The notes beneath the pieces are model-generated. The model ran no database searches and was not told the origin of the DNA. It saw only the letters and a list, made by a program, of their open reading frames with translations. From an uncultured bacterium (lineage in GTDB: Bacteria; SAR324; NAC60-12), in assembly GCA_964010765.1 (NCBI GenBank), contig CAXGMD010000064.1, positions 1 to 20,398 of the forward strand: 20,398 nucleotides of DNA, read 5' to 3'. A program made the position numbers and the translations under genes. This document shows positions 1-8,907 of this stretch, in pieces (the stretch's first letter is position 1; the number at the start of each line of letters is the position of its first letter).

Positions 1-69
1 CATTCTGTGACTTGGTCTGCCCACACGGTTGACGGCAATTATTCTGTTGTAGCTGCCCGAATTGGCTAG
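1..69 (+). CDS. possible 3' end of an upstream gene (partial; HSVTWSAHTVDGNYSVVAARIG*)
   Basis: Frame 1 is open from the window edge to TAG at 67-69, after which the sequence becomes AT-rich and intergenic-like. Too short to identify. Confidence 0.25.
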   Translation, partial: HSVTWSAHTVDGNYSVVAARIG

Positions 70-249
70 CTGCTCTAGATTACTATTCTTTAAACTTCTG
101 AGAAGCCTATCGCACTTTTTAGGTTACAAGAATAAATCAAAAAAACATTATTTTCAGCTTTTTGATTCTGACACAGCACTAAGGCAAATACCGTAGATTC
201 TAATCTTAGAAAATCAGGGTGCCTGAATACCACTTTTAACTAAAAGTCA

Positions 250-2283
250 ATGAAGATTAAAATTTATTTTCTATCCAGTTTTGTCGCATTAGCTACTTTG
301 GTAAATTGCACTTTATTTGAAGAAGATACTACAACCGCGGACACAGCGGACACACCTAGAAATAGACCGAATTATGAAACAAACGAGTATTCAAAAAATG
401 ATCATACTTTACTTCTACAAGCCACGTTTGGACCAGATAAAGAACAAATAGAGATCATTACAAGAAGAGAAATTTTAAGCTGGATTGAATATCAACTTAA
501 CATGGGCTCGGCGTACGATAGTACTTCAGACAATTGGCCAACTCATCTGGAGCGGACCATCGAAATTGCTCAGCAAGCTGAACCAAGTGTGGGTTGGTAT
601 GATGCAGATGACGATGGTACAGCATACTTCAACGAGGCCAACGGAGATATCCAAGTCACGCTCTACCAGATGGCTGCTTGGTGGGACAATGTACTTGGGA
701 ACCCAAAATATCCAGCCTTGGGACAGGATCAACTCCGTCAGCGAGTGGCGTATGCGCTAAGTCAGTTGCTTGTGACTTCCAACAGTGCTTTCCCTTTAAA
801 TCGGCGTGGTGAAGGATTGGCATACTACTACGACCTGCTCGCCAAGCATGCTTTCGGAAACTATCGAGACCTGCTCAGCGATGTGGCCCGAAGTCCCACA
901 ATGGGGGCTTACCTTTCTCACCAGGGGAATCGCAAAGCGAGCCAATCCGAAGGGATCCGTCCAGATGAAAACTTTGCTCGTGAGGTAATGCAACTCTTCA
1001 CCATCGGACTGTATGAATTGAATCTTGATGGTTCTCCCAATCGCGATGGGAATCCCAACACCTATCCGGATAGTGGCAGTAATCTCTTACCCACCTACAC
1101 TCAACAAGATATCGAGGAACTGGCTAAGGTCTTTACAGGCTGGGATCTTGTTGGAAACAAAGAATATGGGCGTTTGGTCAACACAGACGGGGACTTCACA
1201 CAGGCGATGGAGTTCTCCCCAGAATTTCACGAAGACGAAGCAGACGACTACTACACAAATAAAGATGGGAAGGTCACAATTTTTGGAAAGACCATTGCGC
1301 TCAACGCAACGGACCGACTTGGCAACGCAAGTGGCCTCGATGCAGCTCTCGATGTGTTATTTGCTCACGACAACATCGCTCCCTATGTGAGCAAGCATCT
1401 GATCAAGAGCTTCGTTACTTCAAATCCTTCCTCTGAATACATCGCTGACGTCGCCACTGTCTTTAACGATGATGGGAACGGGACAAAGGGGAATTTGAAA
1501 GCCGTTGTCCGAGCGATACTTACTCACCAGCAAGCCAGAGATACTGACGCCAAGAACGATCCAGCTTTTGGCAAAATCAAAGAACCCCTGCTGATGGCAA
1601 CACACCTTCTCAGAGCTACTGACACCGAACCTCTGGACGGATGGACCAGTCACGGAGGTGTATCCATGAACGATGTGTACTGGCTACCGAAACCAGAAAA
1701 ATTTTTCGGGTATGGACCAATGCGTTCTCCATCCGTTTTCAATTTTTTCAGTCCTGACTTTGTTCCCAGTGACAACACCTTTTCCACTAGCAACTGGGTT
1801 GCTCCCGAACTACAGGTACAGACTGATCAAACACTTGCCAACATGAACAATTTTACCAAAAATGTACTGCACTCCTACGAGCAAAACCGAATTGAGATGT
1901 CTTCGACGCTTACTGCCTTTGGAAACAGTAAGACTCGCACCAATTATCCCTTACTTCTATTGAATTTCGATAAGGAATTGGAATTGATGCGAAAGGCCAT
2001 CTATGGAAGTAGCGGTAATTTTTCTGAACAGACAGGGCTGAATCTCAAAGAAAAATTAGCAAACTGGAGTGACGACAAGAAACAAACGGCCATCAAAGCT
2101 CTGCTGGATCACTTGGAGGGGGTGTTACTTGGAGAATCAATGACCAATGAAATGCGAGAGGCCTTCGAAGCTTTCCTAGGGGACTATACCTTTGGTGGTA
2201 GTGAAAAAGAAATCGTACTGAACATGATCAAGGACTCCTATCGCTTCCTAGTGACTTCTGCCCATTTCATGGTCCAAAACTGA
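250..2283 (+). CDS. DUF1800 family protein, probable lipoprotein
   Basis: 677-aa ORF with motifs QATFGP, DQLRQRVAYALSQLLV, HAFGNYRDLL, PDENFAREVMQLFTIGL, FVTSNPS, GKIKEP and PSVFNFF typical of DUF1800. N-terminus MKIKIYFLSSFVALATLVN-C resembles a signal peptide II. Confidence 0.9.
   Translation: MKIKIYFLSSFVALATLVNCTLFEEDTTTADTADTPRNRPNYETNEYSKNDHTLLLQATFGPDKEQIEIITRREILSWIEYQLNMGSAYDSTSDNWPTHLERTIEIAQQAEPSVGWYDADDDGTAYFNEANGDIQVTLYQMAAWWDNVLGNPKYPALGQDQLRQRVAYALSQLLVTSNSAFPLNRRGEGLAYYYDLLAKHAFGNYRDLLSDVARSPTMGAYLSHQGNRKASQSEGIRPDENFAREVMQLFTIGLYELNLDGSPNRDGNPNTYPDSGSNLLPTYTQQDIEELAKVFTGWDLVGNKEYGRLVNTDGDFTQAMEFSPEFHEDEADDYYTNKDGKVTIFGKTIALNATDRLGNASGLDAALDVLFAHDNIAPYVSKHLIKSFVTSNPSSEYIADVATVFNDDGNGTKGNLKAVVRAILTHQQARDTDAKNDPAFGKIKEPLLMATHLLRATDTEPLDGWTSHGGVSMNDVYWLPKPEKFFGYGPMRSPSVFNFFSPDFVPSDNTFSTSNWVAPELQVQTDQTLANMNNFTKNVLHSYEQNRIEMSSTLTAFGNSKTRTNYPLLLLNFDKELELMRKAIYGSSGNFSEQTGLNLKEKLANWSDDKKQTAIKALLDHLEGVLLGESMTNEMREAFEAFLGDYTFGGSEKEIVLNMIKDSYRFLVTSAHFMVQN
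337..354 (+). repeat. in-frame 9-bp tandem duplication (GCGGACACA x2)
   Basis: Read directly at 337-345 and 346-354; encodes ADT-ADT in the Thr-rich linker after the lipobox Cys. Confidence 0.8.
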
Positions 2284-2293
2284 GGAGAGCTAG

Positions 2294-3880
2294 ATGACAA
2301 GAACAATCCGCAGAAGACAACTTCTCAAAGCAACACTTGGGCTGGGTGGGTTGGCCTGTGCTAGTCCATTCGGTTGGTCAATGGCTCCTAAGGTAATGGC
2401 ATCGACTCCGAGTTTTACAGACTACAAGGCAATGGTTTGTGTGTTCTTGTACGGAGGAAATGACAGTTTCAACATGCTGATTCCTGCAGACAACACATCA
2501 TTCGGAGATTACCGGTCGATTCGGGGGAACCTGGCTGTGGATAACACGAAAACCATCCCAATTCCTGATTTGACCAGTACTCTAACAAATCCCTATGCAA
2601 CTGACAGTAACGACAGTGCTTATCGTCAGGATGGGATTTACCGGCCAAAAGGACTCGATCTCGGGGTCAACCCGGTGATGCCTGAATTGGCTAGATTGAT
2701 TGCTAACAACAAGGCCTCGGTTGTCGCAAACATAGGTCCCTTGGTAAAACCCGTTAGCAAAGCCGACATCAGTGGCTTCACCACTTCGCAGGCGCAGCAG
2801 AATCTTCCGTTGTTTCTCTTCTCACACAACCACCAACAGAGAATTCTTCAAACAGGGAAAGCTAATAGCTTGGATGATACTGGTTGGGCTGGCAGAATTG
2901 CTGATCAATGGCAGGGCATCAACAGTCCAGTCGGGTTGAACATCTCTTACTTCGGCAATGACCGAATGTTGATTGGTGAGACCACATCACCCTTGGTTCT
3001 CAACCCAGGGCAGCCCACCCGCTTCAGCGAAATGCAGAATGACAGCTTGAACAGCAATCTTCACCGTAAAGCGCTGTTTCAGGCTCTTGCCGGCTCAACG
3101 AATGAGAAAAACTTTGCTACTTATCGAACCGACAATCCTTGGCAAAAGCTTTATGGGAATATTCTGCAAAAATCTCATACAACGATCGATGAGCTCTATC
3201 AAAAATGGCAAAGTGTGAGCGCTGAAAATTTCTTCAGCACTGTCGATCCCTATAACCAGAGTTTGTTCTATCCCTATGCGGACTCATCAGACACAAGCTT
3301 CCTTGGTCTGGAAGACTCCCTCTCTGGCAAGCTGATTCCACAGTTGGATGCCGTTGCACGAATGATTCATCTGGGGAAAACAGACTACGGTTTCAAACGA
3401 CAAATTTTCTTTGTCCTACACGGAGGATTTGACACTCATGGAAGTCAAACAGATGTTCATCCTGTGCTCTTGAGGGAGCTCAGCCTTGGACTGTGGAAAT
3501 TTCAGAAAGCTCTTGAGGAACTGGGATTGGAAAACAATGTGACGACTTTCACGATGTCTGACTTTGGACGTACCATGAGCAACAATGGAGATGGAACTGA
3601 TCACGCTTGGGGAGGACACCACATCGTGATGGGTGGAGATGGCAACAATAATTCTGGAAATCTCAATGGCGGTCAATTATTTGGAACTGTGCCGAATGTT
3701 ACGCTAGGAGGGAATGATGATTATTCCGACAAAGGTCGTATCATCCCAACTACTTCCCAAGATCAACTCAACGCCACCATCTGTGAGTGGTTTGGAGTCC
3801 CCACAACAAGCATAGAAACTACACTTTTTCCAAATCTCACTAATTTCTCTACGAAATACTTAAACTTATTTGCCTCCTGA
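2294..3880 (+). CDS. DUF1501 family protein with Tat signal peptide
   Basis: 528 aa; IRRRQLLK twin-arginine motif followed by an h-region; motifs YKAMVCVFLYGGNDSFNM, GGFDTH, MSDFGRT, GTDHAWGG; SD GAGGAG at 2282-2287; 10 bp downstream of DUF1800, its usual partner. Confidence 0.9.
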   Translation: MTRTIRRRQLLKATLGLGGLACASPFGWSMAPKVMASTPSFTDYKAMVCVFLYGGNDSFNMLIPADNTSFGDYRSIRGNLAVDNTKTIPIPDLTSTLTNPYATDSNDSAYRQDGIYRPKGLDLGVNPVMPELARLIANNKASVVANIGPLVKPVSKADISGFTTSQAQQNLPLFLFSHNHQQRILQTGKANSLDDTGWAGRIADQWQGINSPVGLNISYFGNDRMLIGETTSPLVLNPGQPTRFSEMQNDSLNSNLHRKALFQALAGSTNEKNFATYRTDNPWQKLYGNILQKSHTTIDELYQKWQSVSAENFFSTVDPYNQSLFYPYADSSDTSFLGLEDSLSGKLIPQLDAVARMIHLGKTDYGFKRQIFFVLHGGFDTHGSQTDVHPVLLRELSLGLWKFQKALEELGLENNVTTFTMSDFGRTMSNNGDGTDHAWGGHHIVMGGDGNNNSGNLNGGQLFGTVPNVTLGGNDDYSDKGRIIPTTSQDQLNATICEWFGVPTTSIETTLFPNLTNFSTKYLNLFAS

Positions 3881-3919
3881 ATTCTCACACTTGCTACGAT
3901 CAAAATGTAGGTGACCGAT

Positions 3920-3964
3920 AACTGGATCAATCAGCATAATTCCCCCTTGGCAGGTCCAGTTTTC
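3920..3964 (+). terminator. possible stem-loop/terminator after the DUF1800-DUF1501 pair
   Basis: AACTGGATC (3920-3928) can pair with GGTCCAGTT (3953-3961, one G-U) and is followed by TTT. The 24-nt loop is atypically large. Confidence 0.25.
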
Positions 3965-4027
3965 CAACCAATCGTTCTCTAGAACACCTCACAGGGCACC
4001 CTACTCGTTGCAGATTCCCAGAAATCC

Positions 4028-4057
4028 TTGCGTTCCCATCCGATTTAAGCCTAAAAT
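4028..4057 (+). promoter_or_regulatory. putative sigma70 promoter of the ftsH operon
   Basis: TTGCGT (4028-4033) - 18 bp - TAAAAT (4052-4057), followed by an AT-rich stretch about 50 bp before the ftsH ATG. Confidence 0.4.
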
Positions 4058-4105
4058 CATAATATAAATTAATACCTTCAACTCCTTGATTCAGGTGCCT
4101 TCTCT

Positions 4106-5938
4106 ATGAACTGGAAGAACGAAAACATTCTGATCATTCTCAGTATTCTGATCCTGGCGATTTTCATGGTGAACACCTTTGGCGGTGATTCACGACGTGA
4201 GCAGAACATGAATGAGATGATCTATTCTGATTTCATTGCTCGAGCCAATATGGGTGATATCGCTAGCGCTCAATTCATTGGAGATACTGTGGTGGAGGGT
4301 TTCACCAACGATGGCATGGCCTATCGCACCTTTGTTCCTCCCAATGATGTTGGCTTGACCGAGCTGCTGCGTGAGAAAGATGTTCAACTGAATTACCTGC
4401 CAGAGCCGGAAACTCCTTGGTATCTCAACGTCCTCATTCACTGGGGGCCTTTCATCCTGATCTTTGCGATCTGGATCTTCCTGATGCGCCGAATGCAAGG
4501 AGGTGCTGGAAAGCTTTTCTCTCTGGGGCGTAGTCGAGCACAGCGAATCGAGCCCGATCAACACCAAGTGACTTTTCAAGATGTTGCGGGGGCTGATGAA
4601 GCAAAGGAAGAATTGAAAGAGACCATCGACTTCCTCAAAGATCCCGCCAAGTTTCGTCGCTTAGGTGGACGGATACCCAAAGGCGTACTGATGTCAGGAC
4701 CTCCAGGAACTGGTAAAACCCTGCTAGCAAAAGCAGTAGCAGGTGAAGCAGGAGCGCCATTTTACAGCATCAGTGGATCAGACTTTGTAGAAATGTTTGT
4801 CGGTGTTGGGGCAAGTAGAGTCCGTGATTTGTTTGAAGAAGGTCGCCGCAATGCACCCTGTATCCTCTTCATCGACGAGATTGATGCTGTCGGGCGAAGT
4901 CGTGGAGCTGGAATGGGAAGCGGTAATGATGAACGAGAACAGACTCTGAACCAACTCCTCGTTGAGATGGATGGCTTTGATGCGACTGAAGGGATCATCG
5001 TAATTGCCTCTACCAATCGGCCTGATGTCTTAGATCCTGCCCTAATGAGACCAGGAAGATTCGACCGACAGGTCTATGTATCTCTACCTGACGTTCGTGG
5101 TCGGGAAGCAATCCTTGGGGTACATGCAGCGAAAGTCCGGATGGCGCCAGATGTGGAACTCCGCATTATTGCCCGAGGGACACCAGGTTTTTCTGGCGCT
5201 GATCTGCGGAATCTGATTAATGAAGCCGCTCTCTTCGCTGCACGCTCCAACCGAAAAGAAATTACCTTGGCTGAATTAGAATGGGCCCGAGACAAAGTAA
5301 TGATGGGTCCTGAGCGTAAGAGTATGGTCATGTCGGAAGATGAGCGCAAAACCACAGCCTATCATGAAGCAGGGCACGCTCTAGTATCTGCCCTCTTGCC
5401 TAATGCAGATCCAATCCACAAGGTGACGATCATTCCACGTGGACGGGCTTTGGGAGTTACAGCCTACCTTCCAGAGAATGATAATCGTTCCTACGACGTC
5501 GAATATCTGAGCAACCGGATCACGATCGCAATGGGTGGACGGGCAGCTGAGGAAGTGATTTTTGACCAATTGACGACAGGAGCCAGCAACGATATTCAGC
5601 AAGCTACGGAGACTGTTCGCAACATGATCTGCCGGTGGGGCATGAACAACAAATTTGGACCTATCGTGCTGGGAAGTGATGATCAGCAAAGTGTTATGGG
5701 CCAAGCTCTGGGTAAAGAGAGGGAGTACAGCGAAGACACAGCGGAGCAGATCGACACAGAAATGAGAGACATGGTGAAGTCCCATTACGAGCAAGCTTGC
5801 CAGCTACTCAGAGACAACCTCGATACATTGCATCAGATTGCCCATACTCTTCTGGAGGAAGAAACCATTGAGGGAAGCCGCATCATGGAGATGTTAGGCA
5901 AGCCTCAACTTCCAAAAGTCGAGATTTCCTTGAACTAA
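4106..5938 (+). CDS. ftsH: ATP-dependent zinc metalloprotease FtsH
   Basis: Two N-terminal TM segments, Walker A GPPGTGKT, pore motif FVG, Walker [30 protein letters not shown], zinc motif HEAGH, TTGASND. Confidence 0.98.
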   Translation: MNWKNENILIILSILILAIFMVNTFGGDSRREQNMNEMIYSDFIARANMGDIASAQFIGDTVVEGFTNDGMAYRTFVPPNDVGLTELLREKDVQLNYLPEPETPWYLNVLIHWGPFILIFAIWIFLMRRMQGGAGKLFSLGRSRAQRIEPDQHQVTFQDVAGADEAKEELKETIDFLKDPAKFRRLGGRIPKGVLMSGPPGTGKTLLAKAVAGEAGAPFYSISGSDFVEMFVGVGASRVRDLFEEGRRNAPCILFIDEIDAVGRSRGAGMGSGNDEREQTLNQLLVEMDGFDATEGIIVIASTNRPDVLDPALMRPGRFDRQVYVSLPDVRGREAILGVHAAKVRMAPDVELRIIARGTPGFSGADLRNLINEAALFAARSNRKEITLAELEWARDKVMMGPERKSMVMSEDERKTTAYHEAGHALVSALLPNADPIHKVTIIPRGRALGVTAYLPENDNRSYDVEYLSNRITIAMGGRAAEEVIFDQLTTGASNDIQQATETVRNMICRWGMNNKFGPIVLGSDDQQSVMGQALGKEREYSEDTAEQIDTEMRDMVKSHYEQACQLLRDNLDTLHQIAHTLLEEETIEGSRIMEMLGKPQLPKVEISLN

Positions 5939-5944
5939 AACGAT

Positions 5945-6817
5945 ATGAAATCGAATTGGTGGCAGCACTTATGCTTCCTGAGCCTGGCGCTGCTTCCCAA
6001 AAAAAGCTTTAGCCGATTTTGTGGCTGGATTGCTGATCAACGCTGGCCTTCCTACCTGCTGCACCAAATCCTGATCCGCTCCTTCGTTCGCTACTTCAAT
6101 GTTGATCTCAGCGAGTGTCCTCAGAAGTTAGAAGACTTCCAGACTTTCAACGAGTTCTTCACACGACCGCTCAAGCCGGAAGCACGCCCAATCTCAACAG
6201 ACAAAAACGCTCTGATCTGTCCAGTTGATGGAGCAATTGGGTTCTTTGGAACAATTACCCATGAAACACTTTTACAAGCAAAGGGCAAAGAGTATCTACT
6301 GACTGACCTGCTTCAAGATTCCTTTGTTGCCCGTGAATACGAGGGAGGGATCTATCTAACCATCTACCTGGCGCCCTATAACTATCACCGTATTCATATC
6401 ATGGCCACCGGATCTGTCAGTCGATTCGCATACATACCAGGTGAGTTGTGGACTGTCAGTCCACTTGGATTAGCTTTTGTACTAAGGCTCTTTGCCCGGA
6501 ATGAACGTTGGATTTCATACATTGATACAGAACATGGCGAGTGTGCACTGGTCAAGGTTGGTGCTACTGTAGTCGGAAGGATTCGTACCGTATATCACAC
6601 AACCTACTCCAACCAACCCGGTGCTAAAATCCTCAAGGCATCTCTACCTACACCGTATCCCTTGAAAGCTGGTGAAGAGCTTGGGCGCTTTGAGCTTGGA
6701 TCAACTGTGATTTTGTTGTTTCGAAAAGACCAAGTCGAGTTGAATTCACTTGAGCTAGGCCAAACTGTTCGCCTCGGAGAAGCTATTGGACATTTTCATT
6801 CACCTGAATCTCCTTGA
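5945..6817 (+). CDS. psd: phosphatidylserine decarboxylase proenzyme
   Basis: FNEFFTRPLK, CPVDG, QAKG, IYLAPYNYHRIH, LFARNER, VGATVVG and the autocleavage motif GRFELGST. Confidence 0.95.
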   Translation: MKSNWWQHLCFLSLALLPKKSFSRFCGWIADQRWPSYLLHQILIRSFVRYFNVDLSECPQKLEDFQTFNEFFTRPLKPEARPISTDKNALICPVDGAIGFFGTITHETLLQAKGKEYLLTDLLQDSFVAREYEGGIYLTIYLAPYNYHRIHIMATGSVSRFAYIPGELWTVSPLGLAFVLRLFARNERWISYIDTEHGECALVKVGATVVGRIRTVYHTTYSNQPGAKILKASLPTPYPLKAGEELGRFELGSTVILLFRKDQVELNSLELGQTVRLGEAIGHFHSPESP

Positions 6818-6913
6818 TTTTTCGCACGAGAGCTTTAGCGTTTGAAAACATTTGCTGCTGGGCACCGGCTCATCTAGCACATCTAAACGTTCCCCTGGAA
6901 TGGATGAAAACAG

Positions 6914-7696
6914 ATGATTGATTTTTCTGGAAAAAGAGGTTTGGTACTCGGTGTTGGCAACCAGCGTAGTATCGCTTGGGCTGTCGTAGAACGACTGCAC
7001 CAACAGGGTGCAGAGTTGGGTCTGACGTTTCTGCGCGATCCCAAAGGTCGTTTTGAAGCCAATGTGCGCAAACTGGGAGAGCAGACCAGCGCTACACTGA
7101 TAGCAGAGTGTGACGTAGCCTCTGATGAGTCGATTGGGGCGCTAATCAAGCAGGTGGATGAGCAGTGGGGGGAATTAGACTTTTTGGTACACAGTCTCGC
7201 TTATGCAGACACCCAAGACCTCAGCAAGCCCTTCTCCGAAACTTTGCGGGACGGATTCAACAAGGCAATGGAAATCAGTGCTTACTCTTTGCTCCCTCTT
7301 GCGAAGGGAGTCATCCCAATGATGCGTAAGCGTGGTGGAGGCAGCATTGTCAGTATGAGTTTCATTGGCTCCACCCTAGCAGTTCCAAATTACAATGTGA
7401 TGGGGCCTGCCAAAGCAGCTCTTGAATCTTGTACGCGTTATCTGGCAAGGGAGTTGGGTCCCGAAAACATACGAATCAACTCTCTCTCTCCTGGTGCGAT
7501 TCGCACTCTATCATCAGCAGGTATCAAGGATATTTCTGAGATGATCCGAGTTGCTGGTGAACACTCTGCTATGAAACGAACAGCTACCCAAGCCGAAGTG
7601 GCAAACACTGCTGCGTTTTTACTAAGTGATGCTGCCAGTGGAATCACGGGGCAACTGATCTACGTAGATTGTGGTTACTCGATCATGGCAAACTGA
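6914..7696 (+). CDS. fabI: enoyl-ACP reductase (NADH) FabI
   Basis: GLVLGVGNQRSIAW, LDFLVHSLAYA, ISAYSL, catalytic YNVMGPAKAALE, ITGQLIYVDCG. Confidence 0.95.
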   Translation: MIDFSGKRGLVLGVGNQRSIAWAVVERLHQQGAELGLTFLRDPKGRFEANVRKLGEQTSATLIAECDVASDESIGALIKQVDEQWGELDFLVHSLAYADTQDLSKPFSETLRDGFNKAMEISAYSLLPLAKGVIPMMRKRGGGSIVSMSFIGSTLAVPNYNVMGPAKAALESCTRYLARELGPENIRINSLSPGAIRTLSSAGIKDISEMIRVAGEHSAMKRTATQAEVANTAAFLLSDAASGITGQLIYVDCGYSIMAN

Positions 7697-7706
7697 AAAA
7701 AGCTTC

Positions 7707-8048
7707 ATGGCAAATCAATTCGATTCCACACAAAAGATTGGGAAACTTTCGGCTGTTAGACATCCCCAGACCGAGCAGTTACTAGATCTCCCACTAGAGA
7801 CAAGGTTGATCCTGGGAGAGTGCATGATGAATATCAGTGAAGTACTGCGCTTGGGGCAAGGCTCCGTTATTGAACTAGACTCCAAACCGAAAGAACCGCT
7901 GGAAGTTTGGGTTAATGACCGTCAGATCGCCAGAGCACAAACGGTTGTTGTCGAAGAAAAGGTTGGGGCCCGGATCGTACAGATTGAATCACCAGAAACT
8001 CGACTCAAATCCATGTCACGTATTCATCATGATCCCTCCCGTTCCTGA
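7707..8048 (+). CDS. fliN: FliN/FliM C-terminal (SPOA) domain protein, flagellar motor switch FliN-like
   Basis: 113 aa from ATG 7707, 10 bp after the fabI stop; LLDLPLE..LG...ISEVLRLGQGSVIELD....EPLEVWVND..IA....VVV..KVGARI is the SPOA signature. Confidence 0.82.
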   Translation: MANQFDSTQKIGKLSAVRHPQTEQLLDLPLETRLILGECMMNISEVLRLGQGSVIELDSKPKEPLEVWVNDRQIARAQTVVVEEKVGARIVQIESPETRLKSMSRIHHDPSRS

Positions 8049-8628
8049 GTTTCTTACACGGCAACTTGACCTTGTAGATCGTTGGCACCAAGCCCCTTAC
8101 GAAGTCTCAGAAGACAGAGACTTCAAGAGCTTGCTCGATCGTCAGCATTGGTCCAATTTCTCGCTTTGGCACGAAGAAGACCTCGCTAGAGATCCTGATG
8201 CAACAGACCGTATCATCGCTCAGGTAAAACGAAACATAGACAAGCTCAATCAGCAACGGAACGACTTGATTGAACAGTTGGATGAGCACCTGCTAGGGCA
8301 TCTACAGGAAATTGCCAAGCCATCTACCAATACACCCATCAACAGCGAAACCCCAGGCAGCATTATTGATCGGCTGTCCATCAGTGCACTAAAAATCTTC
8401 CACATGGAGGAACAGGTAAACAGGGCAGATGCGGCTGAGGATCACCGACAACGATGCCAGGCAAAGCTGTTGGTGCTCAAGGAGCAGCGTTCTGATCTTG
8501 GCAATTCTCTCAGCCAACTTTGGGAGGATTTGCTACATGGACGAAAACAAATGAAGATCTATCGGCAGATGAAAATGTATAATGACGCTACCCTCAACCC
8601 TGTGTTGTATCGACGATTCAGGGGCTAG
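8029..8628 (+). CDS. DUF4254 domain-containing protein
   Basis: 199 aa from ATG 8029 (overlaps the fliN end by 20 bp); LWHEEDLARDP, KRNIDKLNQQRNDLIE, PINSETPGSIIDRLSISALKIFHM and YRQMKMYNDATLNPVLY match DUF4254 as I recall it. Confidence 0.85.
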   Translation: MIPPVPEFLTRQLDLVDRWHQAPYEVSEDRDFKSLLDRQHWSNFSLWHEEDLARDPDATDRIIAQVKRNIDKLNQQRNDLIEQLDEHLLGHLQEIAKPSTNTPINSETPGSIIDRLSISALKIFHMEEQVNRADAAEDHRQRCQAKLLVLKEQRSDLGNSLSQLWEDLLHGRKQMKIYRQMKMYNDATLNPVLYRRFRG

Positions 8629-8735
8629 GAGGTCTTCGTTTTTGGAAACTTTTGGTTATCTTTGATTCCAGCCCAGTTTTCGCATATCCTTGTTTCCACT
8701 AACGATTTTCTAAAGATTTATTTTTTCAATAGATA

Positions 8736-8748
8736 AATCAGTAACTTA
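8736..8748 (+). promoter_or_regulatory. putative IHF binding site
   Basis: AATCAG-TAAC-TTA fits WATCAR-N4-TTR and is preceded by an A/T tract; lies about 65 bp upstream of the predicted nrdJ -35. Confidence 0.45.
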
Positions 8749-8811
8749 CTCTAAATAAAAAAAATTAATTAGCGATATCGCCAACTTAGCTCTGTGAGGT
8801 CAGTTGGGGCG

Positions 8812-8840
8812 TTGCTTTCTCTTGGAAGATTGGCTACCGT
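8812..8840 (+). promoter_or_regulatory. putative sigma70 promoter of nrdJ
   Basis: TTGCTT (8812-8817) - 17 bp - TACCGT (8835-8840); implies a TSS near 8847 and a 5' UTR of about 160 nt. Confidence 0.45.
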
Positions 8841-8850
8841 AATAATCCGC

Positions 8851-8907
8851 TTTCATCTCATGGATGAGAACGGTGACCGTCCAGGGGCACCGGAGACGTT
8901 TCTCATT
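8851..8907 (+). ncRNA. candidate structured cis-regulatory RNA in the nrdJ 5' UTR
   Basis: ATGAGAA (8864-8870) pairs with TTCTCAT (8900-8906) and encloses CGGTG (8871-8875)/CACCG (8888-8892); an alternative hairpin is TTTCATC (8851-8857)/GATGAGA (8863-8869). Confidence 0.35.

Noticed and set aside
7671..8028. Longer starts for fliN (7671) and DUF4254 (7915) in the ORF track
   Set aside because: They overlap the upstream genes extensively; ATG 7707 and ATG 8029 fit the domain boundaries better.
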